From: Bryobacterales bacterium
GTDB lineage: Bacteria; Acidobacteriota; Terriglobia; Bryobacterales; UBA6623
DNA: 64,000 nt
Direction: 5' to 3'
NCBI GenBank assembly: GCA_965216215.1
Contig: CBDCFO010000008.1
Coordinates: 1,750,726-1,814,725, forward strand
Of this stretch, positions 10,693-19,755 are shown piece after piece. The translations under genes were made by a program, and so were the position numbers. Numbering within the stretch: position 1 is the stretch's first letter; every line of letters begins with the position of its first letter. The notes beneath the pieces were generated by a model, which worked only from the letters and a program-made list of their open reading frames with translations, did no database searches and was not told the DNA's origin.

Positions 10693-10747
10693 GCGATTAC
10701 TCCATTGGCGGCCCGACAAGGGCCAACAACCCGCCACGGCGAGTCAG

Positions 10748-10978
10748 CTACTCGAGTGTGGATTCCTGCGCTTCCCAATCTCGCCAAGCGCTGATTTTCA
10801 GCCGGCTGCAGACCCAGCAGAGACCGTCCGAGCGTTTCGTGGCTCCAGCCGTATTGCAGATCCGGCAGGGGAATCGCTCGACCGGCCTGGGCCGAAAGTC
10901 CCGCCCCCGAGCGGCATCAATCACTTTCGGATCGATAATCGGAAGCTCCAAGTTCTGAGTCTTGGTCGTCTTACGCAT
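10748..10978 (-). CDS. Small (76 aa) putative zinc-binding protein
   Basis: CRIC...CWVC pair of CxxC motifs; fills an otherwise empty gap, co-oriented with and just upstream of asd. Confidence 0.6.
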   Translation of the reverse strand: MRKTTKTQNLELPIIDPKVIDAARGRDFRPRPVERFPCRICNTAGATKRSDGLCWVCSRLKISAWRDWEAQESTLE

Positions 10979-11176
10979 CGCTCCGGCCGGTCCGCCAGTA
11001 TCCTTACTATAGGGGGTTTCCGGGGCCCGCGTCCATCGCCGGCACGGGACAGCCGGGAGCTTGCAGCACCGCTGGCTCTCGACTGCGGCAGCCGTGGCTT
11101 CGGTATCGATTCCTGTTGCCCAAGACAGCGTCCTACGCGGGAGCTAGAATGAATTTCGACGCCATACAATGGGGCA

Positions 11177-12373
11177 GTGTACCGGTCTCTGCTTGCAGCA
11201 TTGCTAGTGACATTCGCAGCTGGAGGAAGCGCCCAAGTGCGTGAATTCACGATTCGCCTGGAAGACTCAACGCTTGTCGATCTGAAGGCGAGGCTGGAGC
11301 GAACGCGGCTGCCTGGCCAAATCCCGGGGAGCGATTGGGAGTACGGATCCAACCGGGCATACATGGAGGAGCTTCTCGGGTACTGGCGTGCCGAGTACGA
11401 CTGGCGCCAGCACGAAGCCAAGTTGAACGAACTTCCAAACTTCAAGACCGAGATCGAGGGCATTGACCTGCACTTTGTCCACGTCAGGTCGAAACACGAG
11501 GACGCAATGCCGCTGGTGATCACCCACGGCTGGCCGGGCTCGGTCTACGAGTTCATGGACGTGATCGGCCCGCTGACCGATCCAGAGGCACACGGCGGTC
11601 ACGCGGAGGATGCCTTCCACGTCGTGCTGCCATCGATGCCCGGATACGGGTTCTCCAGCCCTGCCCTCGAAAGAGGCATGAGCGTAGACCGAGTTGCCGC
11701 GGTTGTGGCTCAACTAATGGAACGTCTCGGGTACGAGCGATACTCCGCCCAAGGCGGGGACTGGGGCTCCTCTGTCTCCGCATGGCTGGCCAGGGACCAT
11801 CCTGAGCGGCTCATCGGGATCCATCTCAACATGATCGGTGGAGGCCCGCCCCGGGGGATGGAGGATCCCGAGGAAGGCATTCCCGAATGGGAACTCAGGC
11901 GCTACAAGGAGCGGGCAGCTTGGTGGCAGGGGGAGAACGCGTACGGCAACATCCAAGGAACCAAGCCGTTGACTCTGGCGTACGGCTTGAACGACTCGCC
12001 AGCCGGCCTCGCGGCCTGGGTCGTTGAGAAGTTCCGCGCTTGGAGCGACTGCGGGGGCAACATCGAGAGTTGCTTCTCAAAAGATCAGCTGCTGACGAAC
12101 ATCATGCTGTACTGGGCAACCGAGACCATGCCGTCGGCGGTTCGCCTGTATTACGAGTCCCGTCGCAAGGGGCGCCGGGCCGGTCGCGTCGAAGTGCCTA
12201 CAGCTGTTGCGGTCTTCCCCGGAGAGATCTTTTTCTCACCGCGCAAGTGGGTCGAGACCCGCTACAACGTCGTTCAATGGACTGAGATGCCGCGGGGAGG
12301 GCATTTCGCGGCTATGGAGGAGCCGTCTCTATACGTAGCGGACGTCGCGAAGTTCTTCAGAAGCCTGCGATAA
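11177..12373 (+). CDS. Epoxide hydrolase (EHN + alpha/beta hydrolase) with signal peptide
   Basis: HGWPGS oxyanion motif, PSMPGYGFS, GGDWG nucleophile elbow, GGHFAAME. Confidence 0.88.
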   Translation: MYRSLLAALLVTFAAGGSAQVREFTIRLEDSTLVDLKARLERTRLPGQIPGSDWEYGSNRAYMEELLGYWRAEYDWRQHEAKLNELPNFKTEIEGIDLHFVHVRSKHEDAMPLVITHGWPGSVYEFMDVIGPLTDPEAHGGHAEDAFHVVLPSMPGYGFSSPALERGMSVDRVAAVVAQLMERLGYERYSAQGGDWGSSVSAWLARDHPERLIGIHLNMIGGGPPRGMEDPEEGIPEWELRRYKERAAWWQGENAYGNIQGTKPLTLAYGLNDSPAGLAAWVVEKFRAWSDCGGNIESCFSKDQLLTNIMLYWATETMPSAVRLYYESRRKGRRAGRVEVPTAVAVFPGEIFFSPRKWVETRYNVVQWTEMPRGGHFAAMEEPSLYVADVAKFFRSLR

Positions 12374-12421
12374 CCAATCCGGCAGGCAGCCAGTCCCCGC
12401 CAAGCGCCGCTCGCACGGTGT

Positions 12422-13768
12422 TCACTCGCCGTCCACGAAGTCTGCGAGCCTCGCCTGTATCTCGTCTTCCGGGAGCCAGCGGCCACGCACCATCACCCCC
12501 GCCCTGCGGGCCATGTTCGCCACGTCGTCGAGTGGACTGGCCTCCAGCAGGATGAGGTCTGCTCGCATGCCAATCGCCACTTGACCGAACTCCTCGCTTC
12601 CAAAGTGGTCAGCCGCGTTGCGAGTTGCGGATGCAAGGATCTCAAAGGGAGTCATGCCAGCCGATGCCATGATTGCCATCTCGCGATGGATCGAGAAACC
12701 AGGGACATTGAAAACCTGGGGAGCATCGGTGCCGAAAACGATTCGCACTCCGGCGTCTCGCAGTGCCCGAAGCACGCTCTTCCGTATCTCGATGACACGC
12801 CTGCCTGACTCGGGATTCAAGCGCCCGCGCCGGCTCGCCTGCGATTCGATCCATCCATTCACGGTCTCGCGTGGAAGATACTTCAGCTCCTCAAGCTCGG
12901 TGTATTCCTCGACCGGTACGTCGGCGTTGAATGTCTCCCACAATGCCATCGTGGGCACGACCGAGGCCCCCGCCAATTTCGTGGCCGCGGCCAAGGCGGG
13001 GATCTTTCGCTCGTCGGCGTGAAGACCCAACTCGCGGGAACGGGTCGACGGGTCAGCTTGCTCTATCGGCGAATCGTCGGCTTCGAGGGCCTCCAAGTAG
13101 TTGTCCAAGTGGTCGATGCTGCCCTGACCTGACGCCAAGGCATTCAGCAGGCCCACTGCGTTGGGGACATGCCCGCCGAACGGAATGCCCACCTGGCTTG
13201 CCTCGTCGGCAATTGCGTCATAGACATCAGCGCTGAGGCCCTCGAGGATTTTGAGCAGGTCGAAGCCGGCGTTCTTCTGCTCTCGAACCCGGGTGCGCGC
13301 CACCTCAATCGTCAGATCCGGCGTACCACGGAAGGCGGGGCCGGCCGCGTAAATGGTCGGACCCAATCGGTTGCCAGCCTCGATCTCCTGGCGCAGCTCA
13401 AGATGGAACGGACTGCCGAGCATGCCGCGCACCGTCGTAACACCGTTCGAGAGGAAGAGGTACAAAACGCGGTCCACCTCCTCAGGGGCTGTGTCTGGGC
13501 CCGGCAGGTGCCCGTGCATCTCGGCGAAGCCAGGCAGCAGGAACTTGCCTTGCCCGTCGATGACCAGGGAGCCCCGCGGAGCGCCGACTTCGCTGGAAGG
13601 GCCGATTCGGGCAATCCGCCCCTCCGAGACGATGACGGTCTGCGAATCCAGGACCCTCTCGTTGTCCATGGGTAGGACACTGACGTTTTCGAAGGCAACC
13701 GTACCCTCGGGAGCAACCTGGCAACCAAGCGCCAGAATGGCCGCCATGTATCCGATAACGTGTCTCAT
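12422..13768 (-). CDS. Amidohydrolase family protein, probable lipoprotein
   Basis: LPGFAEMHGH metal motif, GVTTVRGM, FGTDAP, ADLILL; N-terminal LALGC lipobox. Confidence 0.82.
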   Translation of the reverse strand: MRHVIGYMAAILALGCQVAPEGTVAFENVSVLPMDNERVLDSQTVIVSEGRIARIGPSSEVGAPRGSLVIDGQGKFLLPGFAEMHGHLPGPDTAPEEVDRVLYLFLSNGVTTVRGMLGSPFHLELRQEIEAGNRLGPTIYAAGPAFRGTPDLTIEVARTRVREQKNAGFDLLKILEGLSADVYDAIADEASQVGIPFGGHVPNAVGLLNALASGQGSIDHLDNYLEALEADDSPIEQADPSTRSRELGLHADERKIPALAAATKLAGASVVPTMALWETFNADVPVEEYTELEELKYLPRETVNGWIESQASRRGRLNPESGRRVIEIRKSVLRALRDAGVRIVFGTDAPQVFNVPGFSIHREMAIMASAGMTPFEILASATRNAADHFGSEEFGQVAIGMRADLILLEASPLDDVANMARRAGVMVRGRWLPEDEIQARLADFVDGE

Positions 13769-14190
13769 GCAGTACCTTGGCCTTGCTCGCGCGGGAAGCG
13801 CGGGAGCATTGCGATTGTAGCGCCGAAGGCCCCCAAGGCGAAGAGCTTGGTATCGGGCAGCCTCTGCGGCCCGACTGTCGGATCGGGGAATCAGGGATTC
13901 CGGACCCTACGTCGGAAGCTTGCTGACGCAAGGTCCGCTGCCTTCGAAGCGCTGCGCCTCTCGCCTTCCGGTTGATATCGGTCGGAGGCCGGGATGGAGC
14001 GTCAATACATCATCGAAGCCTGCTCCCCAATTGCGCTGGCCTCAGGCCAGCGAGGGAGCGGGGCGCGGGGCTGCGAAACCGCTCGCAACCACGCAATGAG
14101 GATTCGCTAGCATGGTTTCTTGGCTCGGCGGCGGCCGCCACCATGTCCGAGGGTCGGAACCTCGGCTTCAACTGTAGGCGCTAGATCTAC

Positions 14191-14571
14191 ATGAAACTCC
14201 TGCTTGCAGTTGCGCTTGGGGGCGCCTTCGGCGCATTGGCCCGGTTTCTGTCCACCGCCTGGTTCACACGCTCGCTGGGCTCGGCATTCCCGTACGGAAC
14301 GCTGTTTGTCAACGTAGCGGGATCCTTCGTTTTGGCCGTTATCGTCGAGTTCCTCGCCACCAAGTTCAGCGCCAGCACCGAGTTGCGGGCGTTCCTTGCG
14401 GTTGGCTTGCTGGGCTCTTTCACGACCTTCTCCAGCTTCTCGCTAGACGTTGCCGTGCTCTACGAGCGCGGTAATCTGCTGGCCGCGGGAGGCTACCTCG
14501 GGGCCAGCGTCACGCTTTCGATTCTTGCGCTGTTCTCAGGCCTGTGGATCGCAAGGGTTCTCTTGGTTTGA
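14191..14571 (+). CDS. crcB: Fluoride efflux channel FluC/CrcB
   Basis: GGAFGALARF, FPYGTLFVNVAGSF, GLLGSFTTFSSF; four hydrophobic helices. Confidence 0.95.
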   Translation: MKLLLAVALGGAFGALARFLSTAWFTRSLGSAFPYGTLFVNVAGSFVLAVIVEFLATKFSASTELRAFLAVGLLGSFTTFSSFSLDVAVLYERGNLLAAGGYLGASVTLSILALFSGLWIARVLLV

Positions 14572-14762
14572 GCGTCGAGCCCGTTGCTCCCGCCCTCCCG
14601 CCTGCGGTTCCGGGCGCCGAGGGGAAGGAATTTGCCATACGAGCAGCCGGACACAGCCCGGAGGCGTAAGGCGCGCAAGGCCGTGCCGGGAGACTCCCTG
14701 TCTCCGCAACGAGTGCCCCGAAACCGAAGAACCTCCGCCACGCTTTCCGAGACTCGCGGATC

Positions 14763-15242
14763 TCAATCTTCCGGTTCTTGGAAATTGTCGACCATATAGC
14801 TGTAGTAGGGTCCTCGCAGGAAGCCGAGGAAAATTTCGTTGACGAGCTTGAGCCCCTTGCTCACGGCGTAGTCCCAGTCGCCATCGAGGCTCTCGAGCGC
14901 GACGGACACATCGCCTTTGCGGTTCCTGCTGCGAACCTTGATCCGCTCCGGATCGATTCGGCGGTAAGTCGGAAGATCGGCGGATGTGCGCCCCCTCAGG
15001 AACTTCCGCAGATCCTTGTAGAGCGTCGAACCCAGCTCTAGATTCGGTAGCAGGCCGCGAAACTCCAGTGTCTTGCGTCGCGGGTCAAATACGAGTCGTG
15101 TCGGCTGCCCGCGCAGCCATACAAAGGAGCAGTCCAGCCTTCCGCGAATGCGGATGGATTCGAAAGACTGGAAGACCCCCCTGTCAGCACGGCTTCGAAG
15201 GAGGGCATCGACGGCGTCCGCGGGAGCGCACGAATCCCTCAT
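14763..15242 (-). CDS. Hypothetical protein (159 aa) translationally coupled to the ThDP enzyme
   Basis: Its ATG (15242-15240) overlaps the upstream TGA (TGATG); globular composition; no family recognised. Confidence 0.65.
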   Translation of the reverse strand: MRDSCAPADAVDALLRSRADRGVFQSFESIRIRGRLDCSFVWLRGQPTRLVFDPRRKTLEFRGLLPNLELGSTLYKDLRKFLRGRTSADLPTYRRIDPERIKVRSRNRKGDVSVALESLDGDWDYAVSKGLKLVNEIFLGFLRGPYYSYMVDNFQEPED

Positions 15243-17188
15243 CAGTGGTAGTACGCCATGCATCCAGGCTCGACTTTCTGCAGGAGTCCGGGCGAGTAGT
15301 CGCGCGCGCTCCAAAACTCCTTGATAGCCTGGCAATTGATGACGGTCGAGACACCCTCGGCTGCCGCAATCTCGTAGCTGCGCTGAAGCGCGGGCGCGAA
15401 ATCCTCCGCCTTGGTCACGTACTCGCCCCGCGCTCCGAGTGCCTCGCCGATCTTCTCGTAGCGCAGGTTCTCCTGAAAGAGGTACATGTGCTGGGCGCGC
15501 GCCGCGCCGCTACGACCCCCGCTCTCACCGCTGCGCCACACACCCCAAGCATTGTTGTTGTAGACCACGATCACCGCAGGAATGCGGTACTTACTGAGCG
15601 TCTCGACTTCCATGCCGGAATAAGCGAAGCCCGCGTCGCCAGTGACGGCAAGAACTGGCGCACCCTTGTAAGGCGCCTGCGGGCCGATTCCCTGCTGAAC
15701 TGCCGCGCCCACGCCAACCGTGTATCCGATGTCCGGCCCGATGGCACCGTATTGGTAGGCGCCATTGCAAATCTGGCCGGGTCGGAAGGCACGCATCCTG
15801 CGGCGGGTGTAGCGCGCGATGCCATAGCCGCCCGAGACGACCGTAGTCTGCTCCCTAGGCACCTTGCCGTTGTAGAGCAAGTCGCCGATTCCCTTCGCGA
15901 TCACTGCCGGATGGACGCAAGACGCTTGCTCGCTGTACTTGAGCCCCAAGCGATAGTGCTCGTCGTTTTCGGCCTCAAAGGCCGCTCGCGCAGCCGCGAG
16001 CTCGTCCCGCCATGCCGGGCGCTTCTTCGGGGGCAAGGCTTCCGCCAGCGCCTCCAAGGCCGCTCGCTCGCAGCTCACGATACCCAGTTCGATCGGAAGA
16101 TTGCGTCCAATGTCAGCAGCGTCCGGATCAATTCGAATATAAGGTACGTCAGGGTCAAAGGAGTATTCGCCGATAGACGGCATACAGTACTGGCCCACCA
16201 GCACGACAAGATCGGCGCTCAGAAGCGCCCCCGGCGCGGTGTTGGCCGAAAGGGGATGATCGTCCGCAAAGTGCCCGCGGCTGGGACCCGACTCCACGAC
16301 AGCGATGTCAGCCTTCTCTGCGGCAGTCTTCAGCGCGTTCCAGGCCTTGCTGTAGAACACTCCCGTGCTGGCAACTATGATCGGCCGCTCCGCCCTCGCG
16401 ATGAGGGCAACAGCCCTGGCAATCTCCTTGGCCGAAGGATGCGGCCTCGAGTCAGTGCGGTATTTCGACTTGTCATGGAAGTACCGCAAGTCCTCCGCGC
16501 TCTCGAACCGCCTGCGCGCGACTTCGCCGGGGAAATCAAGATGCACCGGGCGGGGGACTCCGCTCTTGAGCTGCCGGAAAGCATAGCCTGCGTACTCATG
16601 AACCCGCTCCGGGTTGATGAGCCGCTTTCCATACTTCTTCATGCCGATCGTCGTGGGCTGCTGGTAGACGCGTTGGATCCCTTGCTCGGTGTCCTCCAGC
16701 GCGAGCGTCATGTTGCTCGCGAGCACCAACAGCGGCGAACGCGCCGCGTTGGCCGCACCGATGTTCATGATCATGTTCGTGAAACCCGGGCCCTCTGTCC
16801 CAGACGCCGCAACAATCTCGCCAGTGACACGAGCGAAGCCATCGGCTGCCGAACACATCATCCCTTCGGTGCGGCCGCCGTAACACGGTATGCCCTCCGA
16901 AGCGATCGCATTGATCACGGAGTAGTTCCCGGGGGCGCAAAACAGCGCGGCAAGTCCCTCCCCTTTACATGCCCTGGCGAAGACCTGGGCGCCCGTCATG
17001 GGGAAGTCAGCGGGATTGGGTGCCTCTGCCAGGCTGGCCGGCACTTCGTCCGGGACCCTGATGTTCGAGTCGTGGAGTTCCGTGGTGGACGCCTTCGCAC
17101 CGGCAGCCACGGCGGCGGCGACCGCGCCCCGGGTCACGAACTTGCGCCGCGAGACCGCGCTCGCGTTGTCGTCTCGATCACTTGCCAT
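15242..17188 (-). CDS. Thiamine-diphosphate-dependent enzyme (2-hydroxyacyl-CoA lyase/oxalyl-CoA decarboxylase/ALS superfamily) with Tat-like leader
   Basis: ThDP motif [15 protein letters not shown]...VYNNNAWG; conserved Glu region [14 protein letters not shown]; GPGFTN; N-terminal SRRKFV plus Ala-rich helix. Confidence 0.85.
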   Translation of the reverse strand: MASDRDDNASAVSRRKFVTRGAVAAAVAAGAKASTTELHDSNIRVPDEVPASLAEAPNPADFPMTGAQVFARACKGEGLAALFCAPGNYSVINAIASEGIPCYGGRTEGMMCSAADGFARVTGEIVAASGTEGPGFTNMIMNIGAANAARSPLLVLASNMTLALEDTEQGIQRVYQQPTTIGMKKYGKRLINPERVHEYAGYAFRQLKSGVPRPVHLDFPGEVARRRFESAEDLRYFHDKSKYRTDSRPHPSAKEIARAVALIARAERPIIVASTGVFYSKAWNALKTAAEKADIAVVESGPSRGHFADDHPLSANTAPGALLSADLVVLVGQYCMPSIGEYSFDPDVPYIRIDPDAADIGRNLPIELGIVSCERAALEALAEALPPKKRPAWRDELAAARAAFEAENDEHYRLGLKYSEQASCVHPAVIAKGIGDLLYNGKVPREQTTVVSGGYGIARYTRRRMRAFRPGQICNGAYQYGAIGPDIGYTVGVGAAVQQGIGPQAPYKGAPVLAVTGDAGFAYSGMEVETLSKYRIPAVIVVYNNNAWGVWRSGESGGRSGAARAQHMYLFQENLRYEKIGEALGARGEYVTKAEDFAPALQRSYEIAAAEGVSTVINCQAIKEFWSARDYSPGLLQKVEPGCMAYYH

Positions 17189-17222
17189 CGTCAGTCTCCC
17201 TTAGATATCTTCGGCCGCGAGG

Positions 17223-17684
17223 CTAAGGCGTATCAGCCCGCAACCGCTCGGGGCCGATACTGCGCACAAACAGCACCAACTTCCAGATCGCCGTCTCGTC
17301 CAGCTGCTTGCCGAATGCCGGCATTTCATGTCCCGCACCATCCCGGATTGAGACAAAAATTTCGCCGTCCGAAATCCCATAGCGCCACTCGGCGGGATCA
17401 CGCAAGCTAGGTGCCTCGAAGTCGGGATTCGCTTGGGCCCGCCCGTCTGCGCCGTGGCAGTACTGGCACAGCCGCAGGTAGGTCTTCCGCGCATCCCGGA
17501 CGGCATCCGCGGTGTGCGGAACGGGGTTCTTTAGCTCGCGCGCCTTCCCGGCCCGGTCTGGCCCGTCCGCCGCGAGCGCCCAGCAGGCCCCAAGGGACGC
17601 AACCACGACCATTCGCGAGCCCCTCCGCGCGGCTTGGAGGATCCGGGACGCAACGGTTCCGGTTGCTAGCGAACTGGGGCACAT
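17223..17684 (-). CDS. Exported monoheme cytochrome c (start uncertain)
   Basis: CQYCHG heme motif, LKNPVP, SDGEIF, distal EMPAF; signal peptide ending WALAA. Confidence 0.8.
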   Translation of the reverse strand: MCPSSLATGTVASRILQAARRGSRMVVVASLGACWALAADGPDRAGKARELKNPVPHTADAVRDARKTYLRLCQYCHGADGRAQANPDFEAPSLRDPAEWRYGISDGEIFVSIRDGAGHEMPAFGKQLDETAIWKLVLFVRSIGPERLRADTP

Positions 17685-17794
17685 GCGCCGTCTGCCTGAC
17701 CTAAGACCGGGCTCGGCGACGATTCCGTCTCGCGAGGCCGGCACAGACAGGATAGACCAGCAACGCCAGGGCTGCCAAACCACCGAATGCCCCA

Positions 17795-17836
17795 AACAAA
17801 CAAAAAGAAGCCGAACACGGTCTCGCGTTCGGCTTC
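17795..17836 (-). terminator. Rho-independent terminator
   Basis: Perfect 10-bp stem GAAGCCGAAC/GTTCGGCTTC (17807-17816 and 17827-17836) followed on the minus strand by TTTTTGTTTGTTT. Confidence 0.85.
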
Positions 17837-17932
17837 GGCTATTGACCTAAAAGGTGCCGGAGGGGCTTTCAGGGGTCTTTGGTTGAGGATTGTTTTCTTA
17901 CGTTGGTGGGGTGTTTATTCCCCCCCGGCACT
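17800..17932 (-). ncRNA. Candidate stand-alone small RNA (~130 nt)
   Basis: Bounded by a consensus promoter and an intrinsic terminator; closing stem GUGCCGG/CCGGCAC, hairpin GGGG-AAUAAACA-CCCC, A/C-rich unpaired core; no usable ORF. Confidence 0.6.
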
Positions 17933-17937
17933 CATAT

Positions 17938-17966
17938 ACAATACTAGACACCATAGTCTTTGGCAA
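17938..17966 (-). promoter_or_regulatory. sigma70-type promoter with AT-rich UP-like tract upstream
   Basis: TTGCCA (17966-17961), 17-nt spacer, TATTGT (17943-17938); AT-rich tract 17967-18000 in a GC-rich genome. Confidence 0.75.
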
Positions 17967-18098
17967 GCAAAATCTACAAATTTCTGTATATTTTTTCTTG
18001 CAAGCGTCTAAGAGTCACGTTAACTCATTGTGTTTCAATCACTTGCGATCGGAAAAATGGAGTCATTAACAACACCGTCTGAATTCGTAATATGGAAT

Positions 18099-18877
18099 TC
18101 AGCCCATTGCAAGGGCCACTGGACGAATCGGAGAGCCCGTCCCGCCTTGGATCCGCAACGGAGCGGCTGCAAAGATGAACTCGCTCGCGCAAGACGCTGC
18201 GAGCGCTTCGAGATTCAGTGCCTCGATGATATGGATCCCGCTCTCCACGAGCAGATGCACATGCACTGGCATGGACGGCGCTGGCATGAATTCAAAGGCG
18301 ATCGTGTCCGAGCCGCCCGCGAGCACGTTCCTGGAACTCAGCCAGCCGACCGCCTCGCGGTTGATCCCGGGACAGTGCAGGTCATTGATGAACCGCCGCG
18401 GCTGCTGCCAGTAGAGTGCCCAGCCGGTGCGTACGAGGACGACATCACCTGCCCTCGCCTCGACGCCGGCCCGCTCGGGGCGCGCTGCAAGCACTCCGCG
18501 TCCACCACGAAGTCCGCGGGCAGCACGTCAAATCCCTCGCTGGCCGCAACGTCAAGCAGAACTCCGCGTCGGAAGATGGGATCGATCGTGTCGGCATGAT
18601 GCTCGCCGACGCCCGAAGCGTACGACTGGCAGCCGCCGGCATCGGCGCCGCCGAAGAGCTTGCCTCGGAACGAAATATGCGTGCCAACGTGACCGCCGAG
18701 AGCGATCGACTCAGCGGCAGCGCTCGATCCCCGGAACGAGTGATCGCCGTGGGCCTTGGTCAAGCCGTAGAGGAACGGCGGGTGACTGGGATGATGCGGC
18801 ATGCCGACGAAATAGGGCTGTGCCAAGTCAATTGTCCGGGCCTCTTCGACATGGCGCAGGAAGTCTTCGATGCCCAT
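18099..18877 (-). pseudogene. Cyclase/kynurenine formamidase family gene, frameshifted
   Basis: N-half (DLAQPY, HVGTH, RRGVLLDVA) and C-half (GDVVLVRTGW, GSDT, GIHIIEALNL, GGTGSPIRP) lie in different frames, switching near 18475-18485; the DAxxH part of HxGTHxDAxxH is missing. Confidence 0.75.
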
Positions 18878-19014
18878 TGCAGGGCATTCTAACCGGTTCC
18901 GGGTCATCGGGGGTCGAGCGCCGGGTCCTCGGGAGGTTGTGATATTCTCGAAACAGTTCGACGGCGTGTAGGCGGCTCGGCTTCGAAACGTAAGTGCCGA
19001 CCACCGCATCATCC

Positions 19015-19755
19015 ATGAATTGCAGTTTCAGCGGCCTCCCGGTCCCAACGGATAAGCTGTTCGTCCTCTACTACCCGCCAGCGGCGGCCCACGAAACGTG
19101 GGACCGTTCGTTCTTCGCTGCGGCGCGCGCGCGCGAGGCGCTGGCGGCGATCGTAGACGAACTCGAGCACTTCTTCCGCCGGTACGTGATCACCGGAAAG
19201 CTAGCCGCCGGCATTGCGGCTTGCTTGCTCGGCATTGCCCTCGGCGCGTACTGGGGAATCTCCGCATGGTCGGATTGGGACGCAATGGGCTCCGCGAGCC
19301 GCTACGGCCTGCCACTGCTTGCGCTTGCCAGCCTGCTTTTCGGACGCTCACGAGTGCGGGCATTCCTGCATCGCTGGAAAGTGTGGCGGGACGAATGCCG
19401 GGAGACGGTCGACAACGAACTCGCCGCGATGCGGCGCGTGATGGAAGGCATACCGACGGATCCGGACGCCGAGGAGGCCGCGGCCATCATGCGCCGCGAG
19501 TGCCCGGACATGGTATCGGCAATTGCGTTTTACGGAACGAACTTCAACGCCTTCACCTACATGGACTTCATCTTGAGCCCGAAGCTGAAGCACCCTTCAG
19601 AGCGCAAGGACCTGCCCGCGCAACACAGCCCGTACCGTGATGCCTACTACGTGGGAGACGTCGTCTACGACAACTGGCGCATGTTCAACAAGGACCACAG
19701 GACCCTTGCCGATCCGCGCTTCGTAGGCAGCCGCGGCCGCCGGGGCGTGATCTAG
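19015..19755 (+). CDS. Hypothetical membrane protein (two TM segments)
   Basis: 246-aa ORF divergent from the cyclase gene; hydrophobic hairpin; host-like codon usage. Confidence 0.6.
   Translation: MNCSFSGLPVPTDKLFVLYYPPAAAHETWDRSFFAAARAREALAAIVDELEHFFRRYVITGKLAAGIAACLLGIALGAYWGISAWSDWDAMGSASRYGLPLLALASLLFGRSRVRAFLHRWKVWRDECRETVDNELAAMRRVMEGIPTDPDAEEAAAIMRRECPDMVSAIAFYGTNFNAFTYMDFILSPKLKHPSERKDLPAQHSPYRDAYYVGDVVYDNWRMFNKDHRTLADPRFVGSRGRRGVI

Noticed and set aside
13769-14190. Fluoride riboswitch upstream of crcB
   Set aside because: Only generic GC hairpins; the GAUG...CGCC / AAAC / GCUGAUG...CUAC consensus is not present.
14984-17410. Long opposite-strand or alternate-frame ORFs (also 4648-6114, 23954-25381, 27949-30600, 43170-44516)
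   Set aside because: Shadow ORFs of GC-rich genes with clear motifs; low-complexity Arg/Pro/Ala/Gly translations.
17870-17935. 21-aa peptide (MSAGGNKHPTNVRKQSSTKDP) or TPP riboswitch within the candidate sRNA
   Set aside because: The ATG is only 2 nt after the -10 box, upstream of any plausible TSS; no CUGAGA or other TPP-aptamer core.
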